Below the pieces are notes generated by a model. The model did not search any database. It saw nothing but the letters and a program-made list of their open reading frames with translations, and had not been told where the DNA came from. The translations under genes and the position numbers were made by a program. A DNA stretch of 64,000 bases, taken from contig OX597816.1 of NCBI GenBank assembly GCA_951406725.2, forward strand, positions 22,754,001-22,818,000. The letters are read 5' to 3'. This document shows, piece by piece, positions 28,749 to 40,715 of the stretch (within the stretch, counting starts at the first letter, position 1; each line of letters starts with the position of its first letter). The stretch is from Octopus vulgaris. Lineage: Eukaryota.

Positions 28749-28967
28749 CAGAGAGAGACAGAGAGAAATGAGGGAAAGAAAGATTTTGAAGAGGAATCTA
28801 GAGAAATAGAAATATATACGTTTCTATAATTTTTTAATCAGCAAGAAAACTGCAAAACTAACCCAAGAGCTATGCACGAAACTTTCAGCATCTGAGTCAC
28901 CTTTGTAACTTTTTAGGTGATTACGTATAAATGCACACTCGTGTATATATGTATGTGTATGCATGTG

Positions 28968-29058
<91 letters not shown>

Positions 29059-29498
29059 AGACGCATTACAGACACTTGGCATCATTGAAAACTGAGCTCG
29101 AATATAATGAAACAATGGACGACATTAATCGACCCTATAAACGGTGACAATTCGAAATATTCCCCTCTAACTCATAAACCGGTCAAGAGAAATGCAGTGC
29201 GATTATTCACATGAAATATCTGTGAAAGCATTAACAGTTGACTTATTGTCTGAATCGTATTTTGTGGTTTTCCTGTTTGCTCTGGCGTGAATTTGCCAGT
29301 GGATTATGAACGTTTTAAGACCGAAAGGAAACCAATAAAATGAAATACCGAAGACATTATTTCAGTTCATACGTTCATAGCAATTGAAAAGAGCCATAGC
29401 CAACGTATGTGGAGGAACCGACTATTTGCTTGCTATTTAAATGTTTTAGAATATTTTATCTCAGTCGTTTAGCCTCTGTATTGGGCAGTATTTCAGTA

Positions 29499-29576
<78 letters not shown>

Positions 29577-29803
29577 TTTGTGTGTCTGTGTGTGTGTATA
29601 TATATGTGTGTACGAGTGAGTGGCCAAATGAGATAAAAAGCATTCAACATTTGCCGTAAGAGCTAATGTGTGTGTACAAGTATATATAAACACACACACA
29701 TATATACATATACATACGTATATACATGCATACATGCATACATATATATACATATATACACATATACATATATATATATACACACACATACATATATATA
29801 TAT

Positions 29804-29834
<31 letters not shown>

Positions 29835-29854
29835 CACATATATATGTATACATG

Positions 29855-29905
<51 letters not shown>

Positions 29906-31186
29906 CATAAACATATATAAATTGATATTCGGGTAATACGAATTGCCCAGTGGATTAATTTTTGCAGCCTTGGAGTTCGCTGCTTGTAAATAGTTATTGT
30001 GAGGTGGTAATCTTACCACGTTGATGTTTCGTACCTCTCAATAGACAGCTTTATCTTCTCTAAATACCGTGCCAGGCTTCTCCAGGACCACGCTCGGCAT
30101 CTAAGAGCCTTACCACCACAGGGCAACCTGGGATATTTCGGTTACGCATTGAGATCCTGAGGTGCAAGTTGGTGGCTTCTTGTTTGAATATTCTTGGAGG
30201 TTTCATTCATTGTACTACTGCATTTTGTCTGCATCTAAAACAGCGAGAAATGATATAAAGAATCCTGACAAAAAGGCGTGGGGATCATATTTACGACGTT
30301 TTCTGACGGACTGGATTTCCGGCATCACCCTGTACACGGCAAGAGTTACAAATCGCCTTGAAACATAATTATCACTGGATCTACAACGTTCACTTCAAAG
30401 ATATTAATAGTCAGATAGCCAGAGCCACCATAAACTTTTATTGCGCATTTATCTTCAAAAAACAGAACGCGTGATACGCGTTTGAGGATGACTGATTTAA
30501 TGCAGAGTTATTTCAAGGTTGGTATTGAGATAAATACATTACATTATTTTATTGTGGTGCATTTAACAGTGTTCGTTCCCTTTTTTTTATTTTGTATAGT
30601 ATGGCAAATATGTTTAATAGTGTTTAGCAGGTTGAGCGACTGGGAACAGACACCTTTCTTCATTTGGAAAACACTACCCATGAAGTTATTAGTAAAAGTT
30701 ATATTGTTTTGTTGTTTTTCATAAAAATCAATTTGTAGCCTTGCTGGGTCATTGACATGTTAACATTTGATTATTATTGTATTGAATGTTTGCACACAAA
30801 AGAGAAATAATATTTATTTCAGATATTAGACAGTCATGATCAAAGGTAAATGAACAGTTATTTGAATTGGTGATAAAGACTGTTCATAGTCACTGACCTC
30901 TACCTAGTCCACGCTATCTTTCTTTTCTGAAATATATTGTTGCTATTTTGCATTATATTGCTGCTACAGTATTATTAAGTTTTTCCTCACCTCGCCTGTT
31001 TATCACGTTTTTACGATTATAGTCAGCCCAATACCGTACAGCTTGGTTTATAATTTCTGTTCTATACTTTTATAGAATTTTACGTTAAGTTCATTTATTA
31101 ATTTTTTTGAATTCCATGACATTTGAATAGTATAACGTTAGGATTTTCATTTCATGGTATACATTCGAAATATCTGTAATATATGG

Positions 31187-31416
31187 CGTGATCACATGAC
31201 CGACCTGGCAATCAGATGTTGCTTCACATCGCTGGTCACAATGCGCTTCCCATTGTTTAGCCTTTAAATGACGCCACCTAAAAAGAAGAGTGAGAGAAAG
31301 TTGTGGTGAAAGAGTACACGAGGTATCGCCAGTATCACCTGCCGGAGCCTCGTGGAACTTTAGGTGTTTTCGCTCAATTAACACTCACAAAACCCGGTCT
31401 AGGAATCGAAACCGCA
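31187..31416 (-). mobile_element. tRNA-derived SINE family D, 5'-truncated
   Basis: Reverse complement of 33520-33765. Confidence 0.8.
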
Positions 31417-31430
31417 ATATATATATATAT

Positions 31431-31594
31431 AGGCGCAGGAGTGGCTGTGTGGTAAGTAGTTTGCTTACCAACCACATGGTTCCGGGTTCAGTCCCACTGT
31501 GTGGCATCTTGGGCAAGTGTCTTCTGCTATAGCCTCGGGCCGACCAAAGCCTTGTGAGTGGATTTGGTAGACGGAAACTGAAAGAAGCCTGTCG

Positions 31595-31641
<47 letters not shown>

Positions 31642-31867
31642 GCATGTATATGTTTGTGTGTCTGTGTTTGTCCCCTAGCATTGCTTGACAACCGATGCTG
31701 GTATGTTTACGTCCCCGTCACTTAGCGGTTCGGTAAAAGAGACCGATAGAATAAATACTGGGCTTACAAAGAATAAGTCCCGGGGTCGATTTGTTCGACT
31801 AAAGGCGGTGCTCCAGCATGGCCGCAGTCAAATGACTGAAACAAGTAAAAGAGTAAAAGAGTAAAGA

Positions 31868-31869
<2 letters not shown>
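31431..31869 (+). mobile_element. SINE family A, full length, with internal microsatellite
   Basis: A box TGGCTGTGTGG, B box GGTTCAGTCC, internal (TA)n/(TG)n, (gtaaaaga)n tail. Confidence 0.9.
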
Positions 31870-31918
<49 letters not shown>

Positions 31919-32192
31919 ACAGTTTTTCCTGAGATACTTACTTGGAATACTGCCTATGTACTACTTTCCTCAGTTGTAATTTGTTTCCGACAGTTATGTA
32001 CATAAATAGGATTTTGATTTAGATTTAAGGAGTGATACAAAGTTGTTTTAGTTTTCCGTTGTGTTTTTCAACGAATTGTCAGAAGGTAACAGACCGTACC
32101 CACGATATTTTTTCTAAAATTTTCGTTGGGTTTTGCAACCTTTTCAATAGTTGTTGACTCAACAACAATCAGGCATGCACACTCATATATAT

Positions 32193-32514
32193 GCATGGCT
32201 CAGTTTTTAGAGCGTCGGCTTACGATCGTGAGGTTGTGAGCTAGAATCCCGGACCGGGCTGCGTGTTGTGTTCTTGAGCAAGGCACTTTATTTCACGTTG
32301 CTCCAGTTCACTCAGCTGTAGAAATGAGTTGCGACGTCACAGGTGCCAAGCTGTATCGATCTTTGTCTTTCCCTTGGATAACACTGGTGGTGTGGAGAGG
32401 GGAGGCATGGCGACTGCTGGTCTTCCATAAACAACCTTGCCCGGACTTGTGTCTAGGAGGGTAACTTTCTAGGTGCAATCCCATGGTCATTCATGACCGA
32501 AGGGGGTCTTTACC

Positions 32515-32518
<4 letters not shown>
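32193..32518 (+). mobile_element. SINE family C (CORE-like)
   Basis: Near-identical to 4146-4490. Confidence 0.88.
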
Positions 32519-32580
<62 letters not shown>

Positions 32581-32581
32581 T

Positions 32582-32830
32582 CTCTTTACTCTTTTACTCT
32601 TTTACTTGTTTCATTCATTTGACTGTAGCCATGCTGGAGCACCGCCTTTAATCGAGCAAATCGACCCCAGGACTTATTCTTTGTAAGCCTAGTACTTATT
32701 CTATCAGTTCTTTTGCCGAACCGCTAGGTTACGGGGACGTAAACACACCAGTATCGGTTGTCAAACGATGTGGAGGGGACAAACACAGACATACAAACAT
32801 ATACACATACATATATACATACATATATAC

Positions 32831-32861
<31 letters not shown>

Positions 32862-33025
32862 TATACATATATATATACACACATATATATGTATACGACG
32901 GGCTTTTTTCAGTTCCCGTCCAACAAATCCACTCATAAGGCTTTGGTTGGCCCGAGGCTGTAGTAGAAGATACTTGCCCAAGTTGCCACGAAGTGGGACT
33001 GAGCCCGGAACCATGTGGTTGGTGA
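32582..33025 (-). mobile_element. SINE family A
   Basis: Reverse complement of 31431-31869. Confidence 0.9.
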
Positions 33026-33027
33026 GC

Positions 33028-33835
33028 ATATCATTCAAATATACATAACACAGATGATACTAATTGGTAATATAAGCATCGGTATTGCATTTAGGAGGAT
33101 GGGAATAATAACCTTAATCGAACACAGAACTGAAATTGCAATTATTCTATCGATTCTTGAGTAATAGATACAAATACAGTTTCAACAGAATCTGAAATCA
33201 CAGCGCAATGAAGTAAAATCAGTTGCCATACAGCATTTGCCAAACACTCTATCGCCGTGTATATTCGCAATAATTTGTTCAGCTTTATAAAGTGGAACGG
33301 TATGCAAATATATACATAATCTATGTTGCTAGATGTCAAAATAAACCGCAGTCTTATAATAATTGCTATATATTGCTAGTTATTCAAAATTAGCTTGAGA
33401 ATAAAATACAAATAAGAAAGTAAATTGCTTGCATAAACAATATTTTGGATAAATATGTCATTAAATGTGGAGGCGCAATGGCCTAGTGGTTAGGCCAGCG
33501 AACTCGCGGTCGTAGGATCGCGGTTTCGATTCCCAGACCGGGCGTTGTGAGTGTTTATTGAGCGAAATCACCTTAAAAGCTCCACGAGGCTCCGGCAGGG
33601 GGTGGTGATCCCTGCTGTACTCTTTCACCACAACTTTCTCTCACTCTTTCTTCTGTTGGCCTGCTCGCTTAGCCAGCGGGGTGGCTTCATTCGAAGGCTA
33701 AAACAATGCGAATGCATTGTGACCAGCGATGTGTAGCAACATCTGATGGTTTGCTCGGTCACGTGATGTCATCAAATGCAATTTTTTTTCAAAACAGATT
33801 AATCAAATATTTTTTTGCTCATATCGAAATTTATT
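33028..33835 (-). repeat. Right arm of the inverted duplication, interrupted by a SINE
   Basis: Matches 27000-27540 in reverse once 33468-33778 is removed. Confidence 0.85.
33468..33765 (+). mobile_element. tRNA-derived SINE family D with 13-bp TSD
   Basis: A box TGGCCTAGTGG, B box GTTTCGATTCC. TSD atgtcat(t/c)aaatg at 33455-33467 and 33766-33778. Confidence 0.9.
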
Positions 33836-34539
33836 TGATAATTGTGAGTCAACGAAGCAAGAAGCAAAAAGCAAAGAAAATTTTAGGAAAATGAAAATAA
33901 ATAAGTAAATGAGTGGAAATCGAACCGATGAGTGTGTTAAGCAATAAGGTACTAAAAGAGAATGGCTCTCCCCAGAAATAATAAAATATGCTTCAACACA
34001 TGAATTCACAAACCAAATACAAAAAGGATTTAAAATATCATTTAAATAACAACGCAAATTCATGAGCAGTCATTTAACTGACTACGCTCGTATGAAGATT
34101 AAGGCGTCTATATTTTTTACGAAAACCTTAAATGAAATCGAAAGTATGAGCTCGAAGCAACCGTATTTTGCACGTATAACTCGCTAAAGATTTTTGAATC
34201 AAAGAACATAACTATAAGTGCTTTCTTCAAACATTCATTTCATATTGCAAACATTGTTCGAATTATGGATATTTCCGGAGAAAGGCAAGCTCAGATGGCC
34301 AGAAACGAGTTGTAAAAATTGGATAAATTTTGTTAATGATATATCAAAGGATACTCCATACATTTGTATTGATTCATGTAATTTATTGCTTCTGGTGAAT
34401 GAACAGTTATATGTACACATATTAAGAATTAATTATATCTTAGTTTTGTTATTCTGAGTTGTGTTTCGTTCTTGTAAAGTGGAAAGCTTTTGCGGATTCA
34501 TAGATTGTGGTGATCACTTACACTGTGTTATATATATAT

Positions 34540-35587
34540 TGTTACGAGGGGGGACCTCCGTCGAACGAAAGCTATTACGGAATCCCTCACACAGGCCCGT
34601 TCGACGCAGCGAATGTTCGCCACGGAAACTCGGAGAGGAGAGAGAGACAACAACAACTACAGCCGCCGCAAGAAGAAGACACAGAGGCAACCGAGAGAGA
34701 CACAAAGAGGCAAGGCAATTGGCTTACATTTAACAACTAGTTTATATGACTATTACAATTGTTACAACATCAATTACATATCAAGATACATCAAAGCATT
34801 TAAACATGCAAGTAACAACACATCAAATGCAATAACAACAGCATTTCAAGAGTACACATCGAATTAAACAACAATTCAATACATCATACCACAGATCAAA
34901 GCATTTAAACCGTCCGGAGACAACAGTTCTGTTTCAAAACACATTAAAGGCATATACAATGTTCGTAAACAAATAAGTTCACGTTACAAATCAATGTTCA
35001 ATTCACAACAGTTTACATTGTTCATTAAATTCCTTTTTAACAACTCTGTACACAATGTCTTTACACATTTCAATACATCGCTCTTTTCACTGTCTCATTT
35101 CTTTCCAACAGTCTCTTTACATCGATGCTTTTTCCTTCTTTTTCTTCACATATCAATACACAATTCACGTACCTTAGTTCCTACTAGAATAGCCAGTGTC
35201 TCATATTGCACCTCATCTCTCTCAGTACCGCTAACTCCAACTTGCTAAACGCTTGCCCTGAATTCCAAAATCCTCGCTCCTAAATCCAACCGCTCGCCTT
35301 GACGACCAAATACCGACTGCCAAAACCTCTTGCTCTCTCACCACCCCCAATCTGTCTTAGCACTGCTAATACTCTCTCTATCGCCGCTTGGTCCTATCTG
35401 CCTGTCTTCCTCTGCCCCTCATCCTCTCTTAATCTACTGTCATCTCTCATGACAGCTCCGAGATTCCTCACTCTGTCTTCCTCGGCCCTCACATTTCTCT
35501 CACCGTCTCTCACAAACTGAACTGCTTACTTAAGGGGGCAGCCCTCCAAATATATGCATATATATATATACATAAATATATATATAT

Positions 35588-35618
<31 letters not shown>

Positions 35619-35628
35619 TACATATTCA

Positions 35629-35676
<48 letters not shown>

Positions 35677-35790
35677 CACATATATATATACATATACATG
35701 CATACATATATATACACACATACACACACACACATATATATATATGCATATATATATATATATACACACATATATGTGTGGGGTGGCTGT
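34540..35790 (-). mobile_element. Putative solo LTR or LTR-like element
   Basis: Abrupt TGTTAC start out of (TA)n into GC-richer, non-coding, strand-skewed sequence. Other end and TSD are not clear. Confidence 0.35.
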
Positions 35791-36029
35791 TACTCAGTTA
35801 CTGTATAGGCCATGCTGCGTGATGTTGTGCAACATTGCTGGCCACAGTGAGCTTTATTCTTTCTTGTTTGAGCCATTCTATTCCATTTTCTCTAAAATCG
35901 ATAAATCAAATCGTTTTCCTATCGTCTTACCATCGCCTTCCGTGAAGCTTTTCCGATCTCTTTGCTGCCACTCGGCAACTGCGGTAATATATGCATGTAT
36001 GTATGTATGTATGTATGTATGTATGTATG

Positions 36030-36355
36030 TATTAATTATAATAAAGTGTAAAAATCATTAATGATTATACCAGGGGCTCAGCGCAGGAAATAAAAACCTT
36101 ATAGGAATTTTTTTTTAATATTTTATAATTATATACGTAATTATAAGAAGGAAATGGCAACAAGCCACTCCACGCGCTGGAAAAATAGACACCAAAAGAC
36201 ACTATTACCACCTTAAAATCTCCGAGGATAATACACTGTTTATTATTCGCAAAGATTTTAAGGTTGTAATAGTGTCTTTTGGCGTCTATTTTTCCAGCGC
36301 GTGGAGTGGCTTATAGCCATTTTCTTGTTCTAATTATGCATATAATTATAAAATA
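36030..36355. mobile_element. Asymmetric fold-back element in (TATG)n
   Basis: Arms ~36119-36233 / 36241-36355 (ccactccacgcgctggaaaaatagac / gtctatttttccagcgcgtggagtgg) plus unpaired tail 36030-36118. Confidence 0.75.
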
Positions 36356-36369
36356 CTTATGTATGTATG

Positions 36370-36401
<32 letters not shown>

Positions 36402-36528
36402 TGTATGTATGTATGTATGTATGTATGTATGTATGTATGTATGTATGTATGTATGTATATAAGAATTTTTAGCATAATAAGATAAAAAACAAAGGCTGTG
36501 TAGGTATCAGAGCATTTATAGATAGAAT

Positions 36529-36580
36529 GTCTTACAGCTGTTTCTAGGATATTTATATATTCTATCCCTTGATCGGAGAC
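36529..36580 (-). ncRNA. Minimal hammerhead variant within a ~140-bp insert (36460-36600) in (TATG)n
   Basis: Minus strand gtct-CCGATCA-ag-ggata..tatcc-ta-GAAACAGCTGTA-agac, with palindromic stem III. Confidence 0.55.
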
Positions 36581-36640
36581 GGTGTGAGAGGATGGTTATT
36601 TATGTATATATGTATGTATGTACGTACGTATGTAAGTATT

Positions 36641-36672
<32 letters not shown>

Positions 36673-36781
36673 CGTGTATGTATATATGTATGTATGTATG
36701 TATGCGTGTATATATGAATGAATGTATGTATGTTTTTGTGTCTGTCTGTGTGTGTATGTGCATGTGTGATGATGATGATGT

Positions 36782-36819
<38 letters not shown>

Positions 36820-38039
36820 AGGATGATGATGATAATGATGATAATTGAATGAACCAAATTATTCTTGTCGCCTCTGTGGCAGACAATAGAATCGGCTACC
36901 CTTAGGTTTCCTGTTATCCAATACGCTGATTATTTTACTGAAATATTTTTTAAATGTTTGCTTTTGTTACTTTTTCCCCCAGTTGAACCTATGCTTAGTT
37001 TATTACAAGAGTTAATCACAATTGATTTATCGATGAGGGGCGTCTTCTACTGTCAGCATTGTGAAATCATTTTATCTGTTCATATAATCCACATGAAACG
37101 TACGAAAGCAATATATGATATGTGTTTATATATTTCTGTCTGATATGAAATTTATCGACACACATGCTAAATAACACATGGTATCTCTATATATAAAGTG
37201 TTTATAACAAATTTCAAGAAAACAAAGCTGTCGTTCAAATCGGTTTGTTATCAAGAGACTTGAAAATAACACGGAACATAACAAAAAATAATAATAATAA
37301 ACCAGCAAGCTCAATGATTTTGAATAGCGCTACTATATCATACTTAAAGGAGATTGAAAACACAGAAGAAAAGATAAAGAAAGAATAGGCAAAACTAAGT
37401 TGATTAAGTCGGCTTCAATCTCCGAAAACATTGTTTTACATTTGCAATGTTGAGCTAATTCGTGAAGAGGTTGGGCGAGTACATAATATTGATTTTGTGA
37501 AAACGAAAATTGTATATTCAATGGCGAATATAGATTGTACTCTTTCAAGGCCAATAGCGTTAAGCAAAGTCTCTTTATTTTCATTATCTTTCTTTATATT
37601 TTTTCTTTTTTACTTTTCTCGATTGAAACTATCCCAACTGCAGTCGTTGAAGGGTGGGGATTTCAACAATACTTTCGGTAGGGTAATTAAATTTGTGCCA
37701 AAGAAAGTTCTGTACAATACCTATGGTTAATATCATCACCTTCAGTCAATTCCCTTGGTATGTTTGTGTTTCCAACGTTAATCTACTCATGGCTGAACCT
37801 TACGTCCAGTTCACTGCCACTGGACATGTGAGATATTAGTTTTTACGCCTGCTGAGTTTAGACGGCGTTGAAAACTACTTAACTCGTAACCACATCCAAC
37901 AAATATATTTGACCAACTGCATATAATATATGAGTATATATAAACATGTGCGTGCATAGATAGATACATACATGGATATATATAAATATTTGTGTGTGTG
38001 TATTTCTTTATGTTTCCTTATTAACCACACAGGGCTACA

Positions 38040-38305
<266 letters not shown>

Positions 38306-38516
38306 ATAAGAGCAGCAACAAGAGTGCGTTCATTAGATATTTTGATATAAATGTAGATAGTTTGCTTACATTTGGTGGAAAAGATATATTTCTACGAGAC
38401 GATATAATACCTTTGAACTGAAATATCTTATTAGTTGCGCACCTGTTTGCATACACGCATCATAAAATGAGAAATATGTACCTACACTCCTTTATACCAG
38501 AATAGAATTGAAACTA

Positions 38517-39074
38517 TTGGGTTGTTCGGAAAGTTCGTGCCGATTTATATTAGCTTACATTTCGACTTATTTTAGAACATGGTTGAGTCCATAAAGTAGG
38601 ATTTGATTACACCTCCATTTAGGGCACAGCTTAAACTACCATTTCGTGGAAGAAGGTTTATGTTCCTATAACCTGTGCTATTTTTGTAACCCTTTAAAAT
38701 GGAAGATAAGAAAGTTCATTTTCGGCACTTGATGCTTTGGGAACCAGACAAAAATTGCTGCAGTTCGGCTAGGATGTGTTACCCCACCCTCCATATTCAC
38801 CAGATACTGCTCCTTCGGATTTCCACTTATTCAGGGCTCTGCAGAATAATCTTAATGGTAAAAGTTTCAATTCCTTGGATGACGTAAAAAGATACCTTGA
38901 TTAATTATTTTCCATAAAACCACCTCAATTCTGGGTATTTTCAAGTTAAAGGAAAGATGAAGACGCATTGTGCAACAAAATGGTTCATATTTTGTTGATT
39001 AAAAATGTAATGGCATGTATATATTGGCCTTTTTCTTTCCTTTAAAATCGGCACGAACTTTCCGGACACCTCAG
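38517..39074 (+). mobile_element. Internally deleted mariner (non-autonomous)
   Basis: TA TSDs. TIRs ggaaagttcgtgccgattt / aaatcggcacgaactttcc. MEDKKVHFRHLMLWE is fused to LPHPPYSPDTAPSDFHLFRALQN. Confidence 0.92.
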
Positions 39075-39261
39075 TATAAACAGAACAATGGATTCAAATT
39101 TTAGTAGACAGCTAGTAAATTCAGTGTGGGGAGGGGTAAGTCAACCCGGGTTCTCAACTGATACTTATTTATTGGACCCTGAAAAGATGAAAGGCGAAGT
39201 CAAACTCGACACAGTTTCATCTACAAAATATATAATAACAAAACAATTATAGGATTTAGTC

Positions 39262-39615
39262 TACTCTTTTACTCTTTTACTTGTTTTAGTCATTTGACTG
39301 TGGCCAAGCTGGAACACCACCTTTTAGTCGAGCAAATCGAACCGAGGACTTATTCTTTGTAAGCCTAGTACTTATTCTACCGGTCTCTTTCACCGAACTG
39401 CTAAGTTACGGGGACGTAAACACTCCAGCATTGGTTGTCAAGCGAAGGTGGGGATACAAACACAGAAACACAAACATATATACACACATACATATATATA
39501 TACATACACATACATACATACATACATACATACATACATACATACATACATACATACATACATACATACATACATACATACATACATACATACATACATA
39601 CATACATACATACAT
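39262..39615 (-). mobile_element. SINE family A 3' half running into expanded (TACA)n
   Basis: Reverse complement of family A 3' half; internal microsatellite expanded at 39480-39615. Confidence 0.8.
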
Positions 39616-39784
39616 AGAGCAAATCCATTTCGTTAAATATACTGAGACAGAATACAGTTAATCTTTTAAAAAATTCAGAATAATTACTCTAGACTTAGAA
39701 TTCCGTTAGTGAATCCTACGTACATTGATGCTCATACTACCAAAATATGACCGTTTATTTTATTGCTTTTTTTTTATTTTTCAG

Positions 39785-39972
39785 GTACACGCTCTCCGGA
39801 CACCAAGCTGGGGTGTGGCTGTTGACATTCTGCAGAAGAATATATTCGTGACGTCTCTCTCAGGCTTCAGCGATGCACATAGTGGCGATAGCTAATAACG
39901 CTCGTAATGACTGATTTGATGGTGTACGAAGGAGGACTTGTCACCAACATGACAAGGCAGTAGTCTCTAACG
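39785..39972 (+). other. Probable non-coding internal exon (188 nt)
   Basis: Long polypyrimidine tract and TTTCAG acceptor, GC-richer non-repetitive body, ACG|GTAAGC donor. Stops in all three frames. Confidence 0.55.
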
Positions 39973-40374
39973 GTAAGCGGAATTATATGCCCTGCTAATT
40001 TGTGATGATCAGCCAGACCTAGAGTGATAGATTTTAGTTATCATTATTCAAATGTTTAAAATTCATTACCAGCATGTAATTCAAATGGCAAGGAGAAGTA
40101 CCACCTTCAAAGAAAATCCAAATGAGAAACACATATACATAGGCTCTCCAAGTACCCCGCATGAATAATTAGAAATCAGCTCAAAGGCTTGAATAGAAGA
40201 AGCGGAAATACATTAGAGAGCTGAGACTTTTTCAATGAGGCTGAGACTTTTTTCGGTTTAGCGAAGCACTAGCTAAGAGTGGCCTTACCGACAAGGTAGT
40301 GTATCTCTGTGTGTGTCTGTGTGTGTATGTACGCGCTAATATGCGCATATACATGCATACATACGCAAAAATAC

Positions 40375-40715
40375 CCTGTTGTTGATGTTGAATCTCCAAT
40401 GAAAGGGCCTTGGATCTAGGTTAGAAATCGGTTCCTTCTATATTGGCACGAAATCTTGAAATAAAGCTGAACAATGACATACATGCATGCATACATACAT
40501 ACATAAATGCATACATACATTCATACATACATTCATACATGTTGTGGTGCACCTGAGCACTGTATACAATAATTTCATTATTATTATTATTATACATACA
40601 TACATACTTACACTGTAATGATGTTGAAATTGCAATGAAGGAGCTTTGGATCTAGATTAGAAACCGGTTCTTTCTCTATTGGCAAGAAATCTTGATATAA
40701 AAGTGAACAATGACA
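40375..40715 (+). repeat. Two ~105-bp direct copies (40375-40480, 40612-40715) embedded in (TACA)n
   Basis: gatgttgaa…aatgaa…ttggatctag.ttagaaa.cggttc…aaatcttga.ataaa…gaacaatgacatacat in both. Confidence 0.8.

Noticed and set aside
29990-30480. Possible decayed RTE reverse transcriptase fragment (DINSQIARA)
   Set aside because: Single short motif; insufficient to call without an alignment.
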